A DNA stretch of 64,000 bases. Source: Eledone cirrhosa. Lineage: Eukaryota. The DNA is taken from the NCBI GenBank assembly GCA_964016885.1, contig OZ024740.1, forward strand, positions 346,828,001 to 346,892,000, given 5' to 3'. The notes under the pieces were generated by a model. The model ran no database searches, was not told the origin of the DNA, and saw only the letters and a program-made list of their open reading frames with translations. Positions 1 through 11,606 of this stretch are shown piece by piece; the stretch's first letter is position 1, and every line of letters starts with the position of its first letter. Both the position numbers and the translations under genes were made by a program.

Positions 1-927
1 TAATACAAATGAAACAATCTGTCATGCACCGTTTGTTGGTCCTTGTAGTAGAAGTTTCAGTTTATTTCAAATCCCTTCTATTATGAGTTAAAATAATTCC
101 ATAACATATTTGTGCGAAAACAAATTATGTTTGGTGACTGACAAACGTACATTTAAAAAGGAAGTCCGTTAGGTTATATATGTTTGCATGTGTATTTGTA
201 TGCTTGTGCATGAATAAGTATATATATATAAATATGTATGCATGCATGCTGCCGTAACTCCTGGGGGATTTGTAGAGACGCCAAACTACTGTATGTATCA
301 GGGTGGTCCTTAGCAATAGGTAATTTTCCGGAATTTAATATTTTGTTGCTCCCACCCTCTATCCATGTTTCCATCAACAGAGAAACGGGGTGTACAAACT
401 TTCAGCTCTATCAGATAATGGTTAGGCGACCCTCAAACACCTTGAAGCTGGAGCATAGTATACGCAACGATTAATTCTGTTGAAAAGCGGTATACTGTTC
501 CCTATCTCGCCCATTTTCAAACGCGCCAATTCATATTCGTTCACTGTTTATCACTAACGTATATTTCTTAATATTTTATTTCTCTACACTACTATTAGGT
601 GCAGTAAAATTCTTTCAACGGAAAAAAACGCAACTCACAACATCACTTGCTCTCGACTGGTTATCCTCTACTTTCTCTCCTTTTCTTCATGCTCTCCTTC
701 CTCTCCATTCATCCTTACTCTCCTTGCTCTACTTGGTCTCATTTTCTCATTGTTCTCCTTTTCTCCTTCCTATCCTTGCTCTCCCTTTACCCTTGCTCTG
801 TTGTTCTCCTTCGTCTCCTTGCTCTTCTTCCTCTCCCTTTCTCCTTGTATCTATGTACTTGTTTATACACAAATACAATGAGAAAAGGGGACCAAGGAGA
901 AATATGAAATCAAAGCTAGTAAGGAGA

Positions 928-994
<67 letters not shown>

Positions 995-1080
995 GGAGGT
1001 GAGTTTTATTGTAGCACAATAAAGCAATGCAAATATCGGATAAGAAGCACTCTACAATTTGTAGGACTGGAGTATAAATA

Positions 1081-1368
1081 ATATAAGATCAAAAGATGGT
1101 TAAAAGAGTTCCAAGTATTTTATTATGCGCATTTCAAAAACAAATATCATCATGGGATGATATCTGCGTTCTCATCAGATAAAATAGGGATACATGTTAT
1201 GAAGCTTAAAAAACACTTGTGAATAGTGAAGTTTTAAATCAACATATATGTTGATTTAAAACTTCACTATTCAGAAGTGTTTTTTAAGCTACATATCATC
1301 CCATGATGATATTTGTTTTTGAAATGCGCATAATAAAATAATTGGAACTCTTTTAACCATCTTTTGAT

Positions 1369-1375
<7 letters not shown>
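1081..1375. mobile_element. Fold-back (inverted) Penelope-pLTR/retrozyme-like repeat between (TA)n tracts
   Basis: 1081-1163 is the reverse complement of 1293-1375, with an inner palindrome at 1203-1290. The left arm carries a hammerhead on the minus strand. Confidence 0.75.
1116..1186 (-). ncRNA. Type I hammerhead ribozyme with minimal palindromic stem III
   Basis: Minus strand reads TATTTTAT-CTGATGA-[~16-bp stem II, loop CCAT]-GAAA-TGCGCA-TA-ATAAAATA, giving an 8-bp stem I and an intact core. Confidence 0.85.
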
Positions 1376-1414
<39 letters not shown>

Positions 1415-2129
1415 AAATTAAGATAAATTAAATGAATTTAATCTAAATCGAAATTGTGGGTGTCATGTCATAACGGCATGCGCCATATCGCCTGGAAATA
1501 AGCTCAAAGACATATCCGAGCATTTTATAATAACTAGAAATTGATTAACATATAAATATACATGAATAATCACAGGAGATAATTATCTCCTGTGATTATT
1601 CATGGCGTCCAACCCGCTACCGATACTGCCAATTCACCGCCCTTGTGTTTTTATATAATATCACCCACACAGGCAGGTGGTTGGTATATTTATGTACCCC
1701 CTCACGACCTTACTTATCTATTTAGGTTCATGTGCGCATATTTGCATTTCAACGCTCACCACTATATCTACTTCTGTTGTCTCGTCCGACTATACCAGGA
1801 AGGTCAAATTCCAGAGAGCAAAAAAGTATAAAGAAAACGAATTCCAGAACTTTATTTACTAATATATTTGGCCATATGCTGTGCTACGCAGTCGTGCCAT
1901 TATCTAATTGGGCAATGTCAGCAGGCAATCACGCGAACAGCCAATCAGCATAATATGTTACTGTCATGTTGCTATTGCAAACTATAAATTGAGTAACCAA
2001 CGACTTCTGGAGTCGTTGCCTACCTTAGTGTTTTATATTGTATTGTTGCTAATGTTTTCAATATACCCATCTGAAATTTCATTACTCATTTCTAAGAGAC
2101 TCAGCAATATCTTTTAAAATTATATTCGT

Positions 2130-2480
2130 GTGTCGTAATACCAATCAGTAAATACTGGGGTTGTTACTATTCCATTCCTGCATTTTATTGAGTATGGCTT
2201 ATGGTGTGCGGATGGATGTTTTTATCTTTTCGAGCTTTGCCTTGATCATGTAATAGGATATGATTTATCATCGTTGTTTTTTATCGAGCCATTATGTGAA
2301 AGTTTAGCACGTTTGAAGCCTATAGAAGATTGTTTCTATTCGTCTAATTCTCACAAGTAATCTTTCATTCTTTCTCCCATATCACGGGGCATTTCTCCTA
2401 TGCATATTATAGCCGTTTCCCCACGATGTACCACAATGCAGCTTACGGTGTATATGACTTTTCTAGATTCATAATCCATT
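2130..2480 (-). pseudogene. Decayed Penelope-like GIY-YIG endonuclease remnant
   Basis: Minus-strand translation KVIYTVSC...CIGEMPRDMGERMKDY resembles the PLE pattern VIY..C...YIGET.R....R.KEH; stops follow. Confidence 0.5.
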
Positions 2481-2645
2481 TATGAGTCAACTTTTAAATA
2501 TGCAATTCCTATTCGTAGAGAGTAGATTCTTGAATGGTACCAATTTTAGAAACCCCATGTGCTGTTTGACACTATCCCTGAGATAACGATTTCGCGTTAA
2601 TTTTCTCTCTCTCCTTTCTCCCCCCCCCCCTCTCTCTCGCTCTCT

Positions 2646-2683
<38 letters not shown>

Positions 2684-2694
2684 GCTGTCCTTGC

Positions 2695-2800
2695 ATTTGT
2701 GAGGTTGTGATTTCGATACGCGGACCGGGTGATTCGATGTCTTTTGGACACTTTATTTCACGTTGCTCCAGTTAACTCAGCTGTAGAAATGAGTTGCGAC
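2695..2800 (+). mobile_element. Degenerate SINE fragment similar to the 30020 SINE
   Basis: Shares gaggttgtg...ggaccggg...gacac blocks with 30063-30120. Confidence 0.4.
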
Positions 2801-3519
2801 CTCCTTCGTGCTAAACTTATCGGACACTTCTTTTGCCTCAGACAACATCTTTCATTCTCTCTTCTTATATAAACATGTCCATATTGACCATAAATATAGG
2901 ACGATTTAAATAGGAAATCCGGAAAAATCGGTTTTTCATGTGCCAGAAATATACAAAATAATTGGCCAACCATAAATATCCACACTATCTAGCATTCGTT
3001 ATAAGAATATAAATTCAGTTCGCTCTTACCGATTACATCTGCAGAAATTAATGACACCTTGGGAAATCGGCAGGCAAATTTAAACATTACTTACTAAAGG
3101 AGGAAGCAAATTCAAATACCTAGACAAGACTGGAAAATATTTGAAAGAGCAAGATCAACCGCTCTATGACCATGAAGGGTAATATTCCCCACCACAATAA
3201 TTAACTCAAAAATATATCTAAATTCATTTTGAAGCAGACAAATCCACCAGCCATATAATTCCGCATCCACCTCGAAGTTTCCCAAATCTACGAGTAGCCA
3301 CTCATAAACATTGCAGTACTGAGGTCTCAAACTTAACTACATTTAACAATCACATATTCCCTTCATAACACACACGAACTGAAATAATTTTGTACAAACC
3401 TTTTTCTACACTTTCTCCTTATATCGAAACCTAAGTAACACAAAACTGTACTATTCCACGTATATTTGGCTCCTTGCTTTGTTCGTAAATGGTTAAGGGT
3501 ATCTAAAAATATATATTTT

Positions 3520-4057
3520 AAATAAACATTGGATCATCGAGTGAGTTACAATGTTTAAAAAAGGTAGAAATTTTGAACGCAGGAATATAACTGTGAAACA
3601 CAGCTTAGAAAATTGAGAAAACAGCCCTATAGACGGAAGAAGTGGCTAGCTGCTGCTAAAGCGAATCAAGCTCACTACCGTTCATATTTCGACAGAGCAC
3701 TCTATATCATTGAGATAAACAAGCCTTGATGACAGTTACCATATTAGAAAAATCTAAATATCGCGTTTTCAGTATGATATCATTTTATATATAAACAATG
3801 GAACGTCGAGTGTGTTGAAATATTTAGAAATTTAGAAATTCTCTAACACAGGAAAATAGATGTGAACTCTGATTAGACAATAAGGTACAATACAATTATA
3901 ATCTGAATAAGTGACCAGAATCCACTAGAAACGACCGAATTCTGAATATGCCACATTCCTACTAAGCGCTCTGTACCATTGAGCTAAATACACCCTGGAA
4001 ACAGTTTCCGTATTAAGTAATTCTAAATGGCAGCTCTTCAATATGTTAGCATATTGT
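3520..4057 (+). repeat. Old diverged tandem duplication, ~270-bp unit
   Basis: Collinear similarity, e.g. gcactctatatcattgagataaa (~3697) vs gcgctctgtaccattgagctaaa (~3966), and tcgagtg...tagaaatt in both units. Confidence 0.55.
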
Positions 4058-4238
4058 GGATTGGCAGTATCGGTAGAGGGTCGGACGCCATGCTTTGCAG
4101 CAAAGAGTCACGGCCCTTTATGGTCTGAGTTCAAATCCCGCCGAGGTTAACTTTGCCTTTCATCCTTACGGGGTCGAAAAAATAAAGTACCAGTAATGCA
4201 TTGAGTTAATTGCTGGCCTTGTGCCAAAAGTAGAAACA
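4058..4238 (+). mobile_element. tRNA-derived SINE with 18-bp TSD
   Basis: A box-like TGGCAGTATCGGTAGAG and B box GAGTTCAAATCC. AATATGTTAGCATATTGT is duplicated at 4040-4057 and 4239-4256. Same family as 26655-26850. Confidence 0.9.
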
Positions 4239-4859
4239 AATATGTTAGCATATTGTTAATGTGTTTCCAACTGTGTTCCTCTGTTCGAAATTCACTACAT
4301 TTTCTGTATTTATAAACAATGATACAGAGCGCGCAGCCGGAATTTGCAACGTACATTTTACGATTTTCTGTTGCCGATGTTGACCATTTTTCTGTCAAGA
4401 GGGATATTTTCTCCGGCTTTTCTAAGTTGTTGTTCACAGCCATTTCCTGTTTTCGTGATTTTCTACATTTCTAATATATATATATATATATAATAATATT
4501 TATATACTAGCCGAATTACCCGCGCTTGTTGCGTTTCATACATTTCTTTTTTGTAAGAAAATGATGATTGATTTTAAATCAGTGATATAATTTATGGAGA
4601 AAAACTCTGCATTCCAATATTACTCAATATAAAATGTAATGCATGAAACATTGGAAAACATTATTTTTTTGTAATATAACAAATCAAAATGACATTATTA
4701 AATCTTATTCTTATTTTATTTCTTGTAAATATTTTTTTTCAAAATATCAATTCAAAACATTTGTGAATAAGCATCATATCTTGTAGCTCAATGTAAAATA
4801 TCAAGTATAATACAGAGCAGAAATACAATAATGTTCTGTATATATATATATATAAATAT

Positions 4860-5700
<841 letters not shown>

Positions 5701-5717
5701 ATAATATATTTATATAT

Positions 5718-6435
5718 AGTACCAGGTCAAAAATGTACCTGCTACTTGTACCATGTTACCCAGTACAATCTGAGTTGTCGGTGACTAAACCGGCTAGCCT
5801 ACCAGCAGCTGGTCTCATCGGGGGGGGGGGGGGGGGGGTAACTGGTCACCCAGCAACACAAAAACAAGAGTTGTTAATTGGTGGATGAGTCAAACGCCAT
5901 CCACACCAACTATGGATTAAATAGCCTCACCAACCTGCAACTGGCCAAGCATGATGTGGGTGAGCACGGCTACACCAGCTGGAGAGGTTAAAATCCATAG
6001 CAATAACGCATGTGATCCTCGCAATTGTCTTGTTATATTGCCTAGGCTTGTCATGCATATATAGCTGTGGGGATAGAGTGGATGCTCTGTGTATATCACA
6101 AGGACGTAGCATTGTCATATATATGAGAATATATTTCATTAAAAGTCCCACAGTTGTGGAGGATTTTCAAGGTGTGCAGACAAGACCGGTTAGAAACACA
6201 TAGTCCAAAAAGCTGCACGTTGTCTGTTCGAGACTTATCCTAACGCCGCTGCCATGTTAACCTTGAGTCTCAAGCGCTTTAACAGCCCGTTTTGGGGACA
6301 CACTGTTCACTCATATCACAAGGGAAGGTCGAGGCAACCTAAACAAAGCCTGCTTGTCATCAAACTGGTCAGTAGCCTGCAGTGGTTCATAATAGCTGGA
6401 AGTTCTTTGAAGAGGTTGCAGTTTTCTCTTAAGAA
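5718..6435 (+). mobile_element. Putative non-autonomous element related to the bipartite RTE family
   Basis: Its 5' end tgctacttgtaccatgttacccagtac...ggtgactaaaccggc matches the 5' motif of the 42984/32506 elements. Flanked by TA runs. Confidence 0.45.
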
Positions 6436-6464
6436 ATATATATATATATACATATGAAAAAATC

Positions 6465-6570
6465 CAGGAAACTGACGGCTAGTCTCTGGTCGTTTCAACA
6501 GCTAGATCCGACCAGTTCTAGCTGTTGAAACGGCCGGAGCTCAGCCGTCGGGGTCCTGAATTTGTTCATA
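6465..6570. mobile_element. Palindromic remnant of a PLE pLTR 3' end with half a hammerhead
   Basis: Imperfect inverted arms around ~6510 and the motif GAAA-CGGC-n9-GCCG-TC-GGGG. Related to 51700-51745 and 53653-53772. Confidence 0.55.
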
Positions 6571-6681
6571 TTACCCACTCTACTACTCCAAGTATCGAGT
6601 AATCTGGCGAGTAATGGCCTAGCTGATTTTTACCACCTCCAATCTGATCTCTCGCTCTCTCTCTCTCTCTATCTCGCCCCC

Positions 6682-6803
<122 letters not shown>

Positions 6804-6923
6804 CACAGGCACTCACACACATATAAATATATATATATATAACATATATAACTAGGGGTTCTTCACTCCCAGTGGTTTAACTGCGCGATCGGGCATCCAG
6901 CCCGATTATTTCTATGTCCCCGC

Positions 6924-6959
<36 letters not shown>

Positions 6960-7129
6960 AGAAAAAAAAGAAAGGAAAAAAAAAAAAAAAACTCAAAATA
7001 ACAAAACACACACACACACACACACACACAACAGAACAACAACATCAACTGCCACCACCACCACCACCGCCACCGCCGTCGCCATCACCATCACCAGCGA
7101 CCTGGCCTTAAGAACAACTTTAATAATAA

Positions 7130-7235
7130 TTTTTCTGCTTTTGGCACGGATCCAGCGACTGGCCAGCGCATCACTGGTACTCTCTTTTGTTGACTCCGTG
7201 GAGAGCCATAACTCTATGCTGTAAAGCAATTATAG
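7130..7235 (-). mobile_element. Antisense SINE fossil embedded in the RTE upstream region
   Basis: tttggcac...ccagc...actggtact matches the 26655 SINE. The equivalent site in copy 2 (38450-38590) keeps ggatgaaaggcaaggttgacctcggcgggatttgagctcaga. Confidence 0.75.
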
Positions 7236-7843
7236 TAATACTGGACTGTAATACGATCGGCTTCAACTATACAAACTCTTGAAAGTCAACAGTTGACATA
7301 ATCTGGTAATCTTGTATCAGTAATGACGGTAATATATATATATATATGTGTGTGTGTGCGTGTAAGTGAGTAGAGTAGCGTGTGTGTGTGTTTGTTGTGT
7401 GTGTGAGTGTTGCTGTGTGCACGCATATGTATGCGTGTGTGTGTATGTCGTACGTATAAGTGTCAATAAGTAATTTTTTTTTTTTTTTTTTTTTTTTTTT
7501 GCGCGGGGACATAGAAATAATCGGGCTGGATGCCCGATCGCGCAGTTAAACCACTGGGAGTGAAGAACCCCTAGCCCATGTCAGGGTATTCTTCTAGGAG
7601 AAGGCATCTCAGGAAACTGGGTTAACTCCGATATAAAACCTGCGGCTCAGTAGTTACCGATGATGTTGATCTTTTCTTCTTTTCGGGTTATAGCTACTGT
7701 CGCTCAGAGAGTGGGATTGGTTCAGTGCACAGTCTTTCCTCACTTTAAAAATATTCGTCACGCACAGGCATTGCACGAGTGCATTAATAATTATTAATAG
7801 TGTAGTATTATTATTATTATTATTATTGTTATTACTATTATTA

Positions 7844-7880
<37 letters not shown>

Positions 7881-7889
7881 CCCAATTCA

Positions 7890-10800
7890 ATGATGTTCCA
7901 GAACAATGTAAACGAGATAATTGCCAATTTGGGTTCTGGAACAAAAAAGATCATTGGCAATAAGGGCAGGGGCCCCAAGTTATCACAACCTGGGCCCGCC
8001 CGTCATCGTGCCATTGTAATAGAGCCAAACAGGGCATTTAGTCTTGGCTGCTGGAACGTACGGACGCTGCTTGACAGGGATTCTTTGGAGCGTCCTGAAC
8101 GAAGGACCGCTCTTGTTGCGAAGGAGCTTCGACGTTACGATCTTGACATCGTGGCTTTGTCTGAGACGAGGTTAGCTGGAGATGGTCATCTTACGGAATT
8201 TTGTGGAGAATATACATTCTTCTGGAAAGGAAGAGATGAAGGAACCAGAAGAGAGGCTGGGGTGGGATTTGCTGTTAAGACTGTACTGGTGAATAAATTG
8301 GAAGAATTCCCAGTGGGGATTAGTGAGCGTCTTATGTCCATGAGAGTTCCGCTGGACAAGGGAAGATATGCTACCCTGGTGAGTGTGTATGCTCCAACTA
8401 TGAATTCTGTCGATGAAGAAAAACTGTCCTTTTACCATGCCTTGAAAGGTGTTTTAAGAAATATCCCTCAGGCAGACAAAGTCATCGTGCTTGGTGACTT
8501 TAATGCTAGAGTGGGTAGGGATTTTAACACATGGAATGTAATCGGAAGGCATGGGGTGGGAAAGTGTAACAGCAATGGTATGCTCTTGCTGCAGATGTGT
8601 GAGGAGCTGGATCTGTGTGTTACCAACACCATGTTCCAACAAAAGAACAAATTCAAGACCACATGGATGCATCCTGCATCTAAGGAATGGCATCTTTTGG
8701 ACTACGTCCTAGTCAGGATGCGTGACAGACAGGATGTGCGGTGTGTTCGTGTTCTTCGTGGAGCTGAGTGCTGGACGGACCACCGCCTGGTACGCGCAAA
8801 AGTGAATCTAATCACCAAACGTAAAATCCGGGCTCCTGGTGTTACCCTGCCCAAAAGATTGAATGCTGCTCGTCTTAAGGATAAAAATGTGAAGAGGACA
8901 TTGGAAGAAGAGATGCAGGCTGCAGATCTTGGTGAGGATTGGCCGACCCTTAAAAAGTCGGTTTATGATGTAGGCAGACGTGTTCTGGGATTGGTGCAGA
9001 GAAAACATCAGGACTGGTTTAATGAGAAAGATGTGCATATAGATGACTTGTTGGCTGATAAGAGGCGCGCTCTGTCACGCTACTTGACGGCAAGACCACA
9101 GGAGAGGAATACGTTGCATGAGGAGCTCAGGGATGTAAAATCACGTGTTAGGCGGAGTCTTTCTCAGATGAAGGATCAGTGGTGGAGTGAGAAGGCTGGT
9201 GAGATACAAACTGCGTCTGATTGCAATAACACAAAGCTGTTGTACAGTCTCTTGCGTGAGGTTTATGGACCGTCTTCTTCTCTGGTGACACCGATTCGCA
9301 GCAAGGATGGCAAAGAACTTCTTCGTGACTCACAGGGAATTCTACGAAGGTGGCGGGAGCACTTTGATGATCTTTTGAATCAGCCGTCTGTCGTCAGTGA
9401 AGATTTCCTCAATCTCATTCCGGAAAGTCCTGTGAAAGTAGCTCTCGCAGAGCCTCCGACACTTGTGGAGGTTGCAGTGGCTATTTCGAAGCTGAACAGT
9501 GGAAGATCTCCAGGTATGGATGGCATACATGCTGAGCTCCTACAATATGGTGGTGAGAGACTCCTGCAACATCTTCACTCTCTGTTTGGAGGGATATGGG
9601 CTAATGAATCCGTGCCTGAGGACTGGAGAGATGCAGTAATGGTGGTCTTGTACAAGGGAAAGGGTAACAGGAATGATTGTGGGAACTACAGAGGTATATC
9701 ATTGCTTTCTGTCGTGGGGAAAGTTTTATGTAGGGTGCTTCTGGACCGTCTGCTGACACACATTGCAGATTGTGTCCTTCCTGAAAGTCAATCTGGTTTT
9801 CGTGTTGGACGCGGCACTACTGATATGATCTTCTCAGCTAGACGGCTCCAGGAGAAGTGCATTGAACAGGGCTTGGATCTGTATCAGGTTTTTGTCGATC
9901 TGACAAAGGCTTTCGATACTGTCAACAGAGATGCATTATGGAAGGTTCTCCAGAAACTTGGTTGCCCTGATAAGTTCCTTGCTTTAGTTAGGTCTTTCCA
10001 TGACGACATGAAGGCTTGGGTTAATGTCGGAGGTAACATGTCGGAGCCTATCTCAGTAAAAAATGGAGTGAAACAGGGGGATATTCCAGCACCGACCCTG
10101 TTTGCCATATACTTTGCAATGGTTTTCTGTATTGCATTCAGGAATTGCGAGCATGGTGTTTACATCCGATATCGAACCTCAGGCAGCATATTTAACATCA
10201 GGCGCTTTGCTGCGAAGACAAAAGTATTTACATCAGTCATAAGAGACCTCTTGTATGCAGATGATTGCGATCTTGTAGCGCACACAGAGAGTGATATGCA
10301 GCACATTTTGAATGTATTTTCTGACGCTTGCACTGCCCTGGGTTTGACTGTCAGTCTCAAGAAAACCGTCGTCATGTACCAACCTGCACCTGGTAGGCAG
10401 TACACTGAACCAAACATCTATGTGTATGGCAGACGACTTGGAGTGGTTGATCAGTTTGTCTACCTGGGAAGCACTGTCAATCGATACGGCAACCTTGACA
10501 GTGAAATCTCACTTAGGATTAGGAAAGCAAGTGATGCTTTCGGAAAGCTAGAAAGGCGACTCTGGGGTCGGCGAGACATATGCAGGAGGACAAAGGTAAA
10601 GGTGTACAGGGCATGTGTACTCTCTTGTCTTCTTTATGCCTGCGAGACCTGGGTCACATATCGACGCCACCTTAAGCAATTGGAGCGTTTCCATCAGATG
10701 TGTCTCAGACGGATACATGGCGTTCGCTGGAGGGACCACATCAGTGATGTCGAGATTTTGGAAAGCTCTATGTGTGACAGTATAGAAGCTCTTGTGCTTA

Positions 10801-11435
10801 AGCAGCGACTCCGTTGGAGTGGTCACCTTGCCAGGATGAAGGATTCTAGAATACCAAAACAACTCTTCTATGGAGAGTTGGTTAAAGGAAAACGACCGCC
10901 ACATAAACCAAAAAAGAGGTATAAGGATTCCTTGAAGGCCTCTCTGAAAGACGCTAACATCTCTGCTGATACATGGGAAAATATTGCTGCTGATCGTAAT
11001 AAATGGAGAAAGACTGTATATGAGGGAAAAGTTGCCTTTGAGGCATCTCGAATCGCACACGAGAAAGTAAAGCGGGACGTGAGGAAGGGTATTGCTGTTG
11101 CACTTCCAGACGGCGAGGGTCCTCCTATGTTTCTGACATGCAGCGTCTGTGCGAGACTCTGCCTAAGCAAAGCTGGACTCGAAAGTCATCTTCGCAGTCA
11201 TAAAGTAAGACCAGTGGTTGACTACCAGGCTGCTGTTGGAGATGCTACTCATCATGCTTGCCAAACATGTGGTAGAGAATGTAAATCAGCAGGAGGACTC
11301 AAGCGACATGCAAAAGTACACGAACTCCAACCACAGCCGACTATTCCCAGTAAATGTTTTGGTTGCCGACTCTGTGCAAGACATTTTGGATCATTGGCTG
11401 GGCTAAAAAGCCACATTCGATCGCAGCACTGTTAG
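7890..11435 (+). CDS. RTE LINE ORF: APE endonuclease, reverse transcriptase and 3 C2H2 zinc fingers (1181 aa)
   Basis: APE motifs WNVRTL, LSETR, SVYAPT, GDFNA, LDY, TDH. RT motifs NYRGISLL, QSGFR, FVDLTKAFD, GVKQG, LYADD, FVYLGS. RTE C-terminal RWSGHLARM. Fingers CSVC..H..H, CQTC..H..H, CRLC..H..H. Confidence 0.97.
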   Translation: MMFQNNVNEIIANLGSGTKKIIGNKGRGPKLSQPGPARHRAIVIEPNRAFSLGCWNVRTLLDRDSLERPERRTALVAKELRRYDLDIVALSETRLAGDGHLTEFCGEYTFFWKGRDEGTRREAGVGFAVKTVLVNKLEEFPVGISERLMSMRVPLDKGRYATLVSVYAPTMNSVDEEKLSFYHALKGVLRNIPQADKVIVLGDFNARVGRDFNTWNVIGRHGVGKCNSNGMLLLQMCEELDLCVTNTMFQQKNKFKTTWMHPASKEWHLLDYVLVRMRDRQDVRCVRVLRGAECWTDHRLVRAKVNLITKRKIRAPGVTLPKRLNAARLKDKNVKRTLEEEMQAADLGEDWPTLKKSVYDVGRRVLGLVQRKHQDWFNEKDVHIDDLLADKRRALSRYLTARPQERNTLHEELRDVKSRVRRSLSQMKDQWWSEKAGEIQTASDCNNTKLLYSLLREVYGPSSSLVTPIRSKDGKELLRDSQGILRRWREHFDDLLNQPSVVSEDFLNLIPESPVKVALAEPPTLVEVAVAISKLNSGRSPGMDGIHAELLQYGGERLLQHLHSLFGGIWANESVPEDWRDAVMVVLYKGKGNRNDCGNYRGISLLSVVGKVLCRVLLDRLLTHIADCVLPESQSGFRVGRGTTDMIFSARRLQEKCIEQGLDLYQVFVDLTKAFDTVNRDALWKVLQKLGCPDKFLALVRSFHDDMKAWVNVGGNMSEPISVKNGVKQGDIPAPTLFAIYFAMVFCIAFRNCEHGVYIRYRTSGSIFNIRRFAAKTKVFTSVIRDLLYADDCDLVAHTESDMQHILNVFSDACTALGLTVSLKKTVVMYQPAPGRQYTEPNIYVYGRRLGVVDQFVYLGSTVNRYGNLDSEISLRIRKASDAFGKLERRLWGRRDICRRTKVKVYRACVLSCLLYACETWVTYRRHLKQLERFHQMCLRRIHGVRWRDHISDVEILESSMCDSIEALVLKQRLRWSGHLARMKDSRIPKQLFYGELVKGKRPPHKPKKRYKDSLKASLKDANISADTWENIAADRNKWRKTVYEGKVAFEASRIAHEKVKRDVRKGIAVALPDGEGPPMFLTCSVCARLCLSKAGLESHLRSHKVRPVVDYQAAVGDATHHACQTCGRECKSAGGLKRHAKVHELQPQPTIPSKCFGCRLCARHFGSLAGLKSHIRSQHC

Positions 11436-11443
11436 TTGCTATC

Positions 11444-11481
<38 letters not shown>

Positions 11482-11560
11482 GCTTATGTGCGTGCGTGTG
11501 TGTGTATATATATATGAATATGTATATTATTATTGTTGTTGTCGTTATTATTATTATTGC

Positions 11561-11606
<46 letters not shown>

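Noticed and set aside
4058-4145. Functional tRNA gene
   Set aside because: A and B boxes are present, but there is no cloverleaf, and a SINE body, tail and TSD follow.
4505-4535. Possible Helitron 3' end (minus-strand GC-rich stretch then CTAG)
   Set aside because: Hairpin incomplete and no other end identified.
8172-11170. Antisense ORFs overlapping the RTE ORF
   Set aside because: Shadow frames with no motifs, and not better conserved than expected in copy 2.
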